Origin: Eutreptiella sp. 'Long Island Sound 2002'
Lineage: Eukaryota > Protista > Euglenida
Assembly (NCBI GenBank): GCA_964036045.1
Contig: OZ038378.1
Coordinates: 181,970,001 to 182,034,000, forward strand
DNA: 64,000 nt
Reading direction: 5' to 3'
Program-made: the position numbers and the translations under genes
Shown: positions 58,485 to 64,000 of the stretch, one piece after another
Position numbering within the stretch: position 1 is the stretch's first letter
Layout: each line of letters begins with the position of its first letter
Notes under the pieces: model-generated
The model's database searches: none
Told to the model about the DNA's origin: nothing
What the model saw: only the letters and a program-made list of their open reading frames with translations

Positions 58485-61400
58485 TTAAGGCAAGTAGCAG
58501 CAAATTGTTCTGAGAACGATGTTTCTGTTTAGGATTGAGGACGAAAGGTAAAGTAAGTATGGAGGTTCAAAAGTTAAGGTTGGGGATATTTTTGGTTTTC
58601 GCGCTTTCCTTTGCCGACAACATGGCACGAAGGGGTTTCTGGAGATAGCCGCAGGGGTTGGCAGCGGCCTACTTCTCACACCACCCAGGGTATGAGTTAA
58701 GCCAACAACCAGGTGGTTGGTCTGTACTCGGTGACGTGAAGCTCCAGCGGTCATAGGTGACCCTTGGGGTGGTATCAGGCGCTCCAACTTCGCCCTGATT
58801 TCTTGGGTGAGGTCTCCAATCATGGTTGCCCCACGGAGAGCTTTCCAGATCTCGATGCGAGTCAACGACCGCTCAGATGACCTCCCAGACTCCCTACTCC
58901 TTCCGCCATAGGAGCCTGGGCCCCGTAGGCTGCTCAGCGAAGTAAAACCATGCTCGGGCATGGTGTAGGCGGGCATCATAAGAGGGGAAACTGCGGTAGG
59001 CGTTTGGATTCTCACAGGGAGACGGCTCATGGATACCACTGTAAGAAGAGCCAGATCCAACCGGTTCAGTGACTGGATGTGTCACAGATGGCGCCGTAGT
59101 GTGTGGGTCCACTCCATGGGTAGGGTAAGGCGCGCCACTAAGGCCTGCACTCTCAGCCACGGGTGGAGTTGTTGTAGCAGGGGATGTAGCTGGATGTGTA
59201 GCTGGGGGTGTAGTAGCTGTAGGAGAGGATGATGCGGGATCGGAAGAGAGACCGGTCGCGCCTGAGGCGGTCTCAAAGCGCATCTCGGCAGAGTGTGCAT
59301 CATGTGTTCGTTCATGTGCTACTTCGCGGCCAGCTCCTGCTCCTTCTTCCCCTTCCTCCTTCTCCATCTCCTTGCCTTCACATGTTCCAACTCGAAGTTC
59401 ACTGAAGGCTACTCCCAACCCGCTCATATCAAGAAAATCATCCTTAGTGTCACTGAAGGATGCTGAGAGTACAGGTTCAGCGTAAGGTTCACCAAGAGGT
59501 GTGGGCTTTGGTGCCGGTTTGGCTGGTGCCACTAAGGGGTCTGTCTTCTCAAGAGTGTCTTTGGTGTCTACTATATATCCTTCGCCCTTAAGGAAGTGGC
59601 AGTCTCGGCGTACTGGTCGTACAGCACGGGGTTGTAGGTACACAAAGGCTGTTTGTCTCTACTACCAGAAAGTTTGTGATGCTTTCAATGATTCTTTTTG
59701 TGTTGATGTGTTCCTGCTTGTATCCCGCTGCCTTGCCTGCTCCTCTGGTTTTTGTATTTTGGAAACCAAGGAAAAGACCCACTCCACAGTCCAAGTAGGG
59801 CACAATTCAGGATCTTAAACTCTTAACATGAAGGGCTGCAGTCAAAGAGAAATAGATATACAAAGTATTCAGAACAATAGATCAAACTTTGACTGCTGCT
59901 TAGAAAAGACAGTTAGAAAACAAAATAGTCAAGACAAACAACGGCCCTCATGGGCACCCTCTCTGAGGCAGGGTCACTCTGAGAGGTGAACCCTTTGTTT
60001 TTGGTCCCTTAGGTGCTGAGGTGGCATGGCTTGTGGCGCTGTGGTCACTACCATGTCACTAGGGATCTTCCTACTTAGCTATGCTGACTGAGAATTGAAC
60101 CCAGCGCCTCTCAACCCCCTAGGGTGCACACCACTAGGATAAGTAAGCATTCAAGAAAAAATGGATAAAAATGTATAGGTTCTAAACCAGAGCAGTACTT
60201 CAGTCAACTTAGGATCCTGTTATAAAACCAAAATAGTTGGGGTGTCAGGGGTCTTCACAACATCCATTGATTAGTGTTTGGTTTTATAGGTCAAAATGCA
60301 TTATCCTCATTTTGGTGGGGCCAATACTAAGATAAAAATGTGATATGCCTCAAGGCATCTTTAATACAACTAAAGCTATCCCCAAAGGCGTTGAAATACA
60401 CTTTTTCTTACTGGTTCTGCATGATACACACCTACCAACCCATCTGTCAAAACACCAACACAGTTTGGTGAGGCGCCATTCGGTAGGACCCCAATGCACA
60501 AAGAGCCCAGTTTTGGGCGGTGTGCCCCTGTGGTCAGGGGCCAAAGCTACCATACCGACTCCCGTGCTGGCAGAAAAACAATACGGTACAGACCCATGGC
60601 TTCGCTTCAAAGCCCGTAGGTATCCATGGAAACAATGGTGCACATATCAGTAAAAAAAACAACAAAAATTATAAAGCATAGCAGAAAAAGAGCAAACATC
60701 GTCGGAAATTAGAGTCAACCTGTCGAACGGTCGAAGGCTTGGTGACACAGAAACAAGAATACCACCCTCGTGTCACGCTAGAACACTCCACGTAGATGGA
60801 CTTAGTGTCAAACGGCGGCGGTAACATCCATGGAAAATCAATACTTCTACCAACAAGTATAGGTCCATGGTATGTCTCCATAGAAACTTTGAAAGGAATG
60901 GCAACTTGCGGGAAAGTGTCGTCCATTGGGTATGCGGTCCTCATGCGCTGTAAGGTTACCCAACTACTCCCAGGGGAAAACGTGTCCGTCCAAAGGTTCA
61001 AGCGCGAGCAGGCACTTCGCCAGATAGCAATGCCACACAGCGAGCTCTCAAACCACGGTCGCCCACGTCTCGGCCGAACAAAGCTATAGGATAGCAATAC
61101 CTGCCTGCTCGTGACCCATCATGTCCACGACAAGTGGTGCGTAACCGAGCAACAGTCAGTGGTAGACGGCTACCAACGTCCATGTCGCGGCCAAGACTCT
61201 AATTGTCAGCCAACATGTCATAAGAGTAGCATTTTGCAGCAGAGGCGACCACCGTTCCTCAACGCTCGAAGGTAACCACAACTCCACCGTCATGAAATCA
61301 GAAAGACACCCAACACGGCCACAACATCTAATAGCAAGCTTGAAACGGCAGACAAGCGAGAATAACTTCAACAAAAATTTGAAATCTTAGGCCGTGGCGG

Positions 61401-61700
61401 CCATCAACACAAATGGTGGCGCAAAGGCGTCGTGCCGATTAGTTGACAAAGTACGCAGTGGTGCAAATCATATGAAATCACGGGTATGTTTCACAAGGTC
61501 CAATTGTGTTTTCCAGCAAAATTGGCAAAACCAATCTCCAATGCACTTCACGGTTGTATTCAGGACCACCTTTGAGTTCTCGATTCCAGATCAACTAATT
61601 CTGCACCATGCACGAACAGCACCACAACCAGGACCTGAATAATCCACAGACTAACAGAGTTTTGAAATTGTTCATCCGCCTGTCATTTTACAATACCCTG
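58485..61700 (-). mobile_element. Decayed Ty3/gypsy-like LTR retrotransposon pol (RT, RNase H, integrase) plus a 3' Pro/Thr-rich ORF
   Basis: Minus-strand order: SVDY (~61650), LKLFSLVCRFKLAIRCC (RT, L..VF..L...KC-like), RNase H-like LVGRS...DTKSI, integrase Zn-finger-like HRGTPPKT...WRLTK...WVGRCVSCRTSK (60350-60643) and P*GVER (~60120-60105). LTRs not identified. Confidence 0.5.
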
Positions 61701-64000
61701 CGATAATACACAGAACTTTTCATGTACGGAAAAATCCCTTTTTGCTGCACGCGCGCGACGCATCCTAATCTACATGACTCGCGATCTGGCTGCGGGCAGC
61801 CCCTTGCTGGGCATTGAAGCGGTACCCAGAACCCCATGGCCAGGTTATGGCATACAACCGGTCTCCGGTCCACTAACCCCATGCACGGCGTGTTCCGTGC
61901 CGTGAAGCCCCGCATCGGCAACCGATGCACCGCCAGCGGAGATTTGTGTATCAGAATATCAGGAATCAACAGGGTTTTATTTTCATATTGTTTCCGTCAA
62001 TTTTTACGCTTCCGTTCCGATACTCACTGTTTTGACTGCTGGCGGTTGGTTCGCGACTTTACCGTAACCGCCAGTTTAACTGTTTATAATGGAAATTTTA
62101 ACGCTATCCGTCACGAAGGCTCCAAAGTCGCCAGGAACTGCATGGATGCTTCCGCAATTTTCATAATTAATACTCGCAATTTTAATCCGAATTTTTCAGG
62201 ATGTCGAAATCGGATTTTCGATTTCGACATCCCCGCACTTGATTTGACCTCTTTCGAGTGGACCTACGTGCTTCCCTATGCACGAATCAACTTCCCTTTT
62301 ATCTTGCCCTCCATTTGACTCAGAGATATGGGCAAAACAAAGTTGATTCGTGAGGCCACTTGTGAGGGTCATATCTCGTGCCGCTTGCGAGTATTGACGA
62401 TAAGGAAACGTGGGATGTATTCACAATACTCCCGACGTAATTTAGGAAGCTTCATATGCCTTGCGTTTCTACACATGCGCGCTAGTGTAATGGATCATGG
62501 TCAAGAGGGTAGAGTTTGCGTTATAACTCTATGGCCATGATATTGCGTGCGTTAAGATAACTTTCGAGTGTAGCGCGCAAGTGTTGGTGTGGCATAGGAA
62601 CTCTCCTTGAGTTCCTATGAGCGATTGACACAAAGTTATGCCCTTGGAGGGGCATGACATATCGTGGTGGGAGCTACCTTTTTGGGCAATATGTGGTATG
62701 TGCCATGTGTTGTGTTGCGTGCCCATTTGGCGGGTCCATTGCTCCAAGTCGAACCCGCCAATGGACCTCATATTGTGCAAGCCCCTTCTCCATACTCCCT
62801 ACGGTCAATTGCATGCCTAACCTTCGTGAAGGGAAGCTTGTGTGGTGATCCCGAAGCGATGCGTTGGGAGCAAGGTGTGTGTTTTACAATTTTCCATATT
62901 TTCATGTGCCCACTTGGGAAGTAGCGCTCGTAACCTTTCAAGGCGCCCCAAGTGGAGCACATATGTGGGATCGAAGGTCAATGGTGTCAAGTCATTGTGT
63001 TTAGAAGGATTAAGTGATTGCACGATCCAAGCTGGAGATATTATAATATAATTGTAGGCCTTTCAAGGCACTTTTGTGTGTTATTGTGCCAATTTTGCCA
63101 TTTTTGGCTCGTCATGATGTCAAGTGGCGACCGTGTATCTCAACGTTGCGCTCAATTGACATCATGACCCAAGTATGTTGTGAGGGTACATACTTCGGTA
63201 GCCAACATATCTTGGACCCGGCGAATAACTCCTCTTAGGCTTGGCATACCGTGGCCGCCATGTTGGCGATTTGGGACTATCCCAAATCATGGGCTCACTT
63301 GGCGACCCTGCCATTCCCAATACCGGAGGAGTTGGGCGACGCCCCAAAGATATGTTGGACACATATGACTTGATATCAATCCTATGGCACACTCCGGTCC
63401 AAGTCGGGCATGTGCCTCATTTGCCCCAACCATGAGTGTGCGCATTTTTGGCCATTTTGAGCATTTTTCCACTTTTGCTGCCCGCCGTGCCCCATGTTCT
63501 AACCTTCGTGCACGCCGGACGCATGGACCAATGGACCATATATGACATGGGTGTTATGGGTAATGGTCCCCATGGTCCACACACCACGTGGGCGAAGCGG
63601 AGCCGCCTTCGTTAAGGCGCTAGGCCAAATTGAGTATGGGCAATTTTGCCATTTTTGCATTTGTGGACCCAATTGGGATCGTCACCACGCCGAGTGGCAT
63701 GGAGATCTTTGAGAGCCAAGGGCATGGGAGTCTCCATTGGACTCCCGGTGGATCGCGTATGGAATGGCGGATCCGATCTCCAAGCTGGCGTGGAGATATA
63801 CTATTGGGAGCACACCGAATTTTGGCTCATTTCAAGCAGCCAAAATGACCCAATTTTGGGACCCCAATTTCCCCCTTCCGTGTGGTCAATTGGCGGCCCC
63901 ATTTCTCTAAGCCCATGGGGAGCCCGGACCTAAATTCAAGTTGTGCACTCAGATATAAGTCCTAGGTCCTGCCTCCTACCCTGTGAGCCATTGGCCTTAC

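Noticed and set aside
60075-60140. tRNA-like A/B boxes on the minus strand
   Set aside because: No cloverleaf forms, and the same bases read as the integrase-like P*GVER motif collinear with the upstream Zn finger, which is the simpler explanation.
61836-62318. 160-aa + strand ORF as a host gene
   Set aside because: No motif or splice context was recognised, and it lies just upstream of, and antisense to, the decayed gypsy-like pol.

Overview
Repeat-dominated eukaryotic genomic DNA. The long GT-AG introns, GC-rich exons and G/C homopolymer-rich repeats resemble a large protist genome, possibly euglenid; that assignment is inference from sequence style only. Three spliced host genes can be assembled on the + strand with phase-consistent GT-AG junctions. 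(1) A 2-exon coiled-coil protein (21475-25881, 180 aa). (2) A 3-exon zeta-toxin-family P-loop kinase with a Cys-rich tail (34144-40508, 384 aa). (3) A 6-exon, 975-aa membrane-anchored protein (48045-55578) fusing a degenerate glycosyltransferase-like domain to a NodU/CmcH/TobZ-family carbamoyltransferase, in which the Kae1-like metal motifs are intact but the YrdC-like motifs are eroded. The rest is mostly decayed mobile DNA: several LINEs, a DIRS-like RT/RNase H relic, a Ty3/gypsy-like relic, a Zator/TP36-like transposase followed by homeodomain-, SAP- and PHD-like domains, a possible pogo-like relic, tRNA-derived SINEs, MITE-like elements, minisatellites and microsatellites. Most notable are the GT-like/carbamoyltransferase fusion, a densely structured LINE 5' leader (candidate ribozyme), the transposase with chromatin-reader domains, an 82-bp hairpin array inside a symmetric satellite cassette, and a small SH3/Tudor-like ORF present twice with mostly synonymous divergence. 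All family assignments come from motifs recognised by eye; no searches were run.
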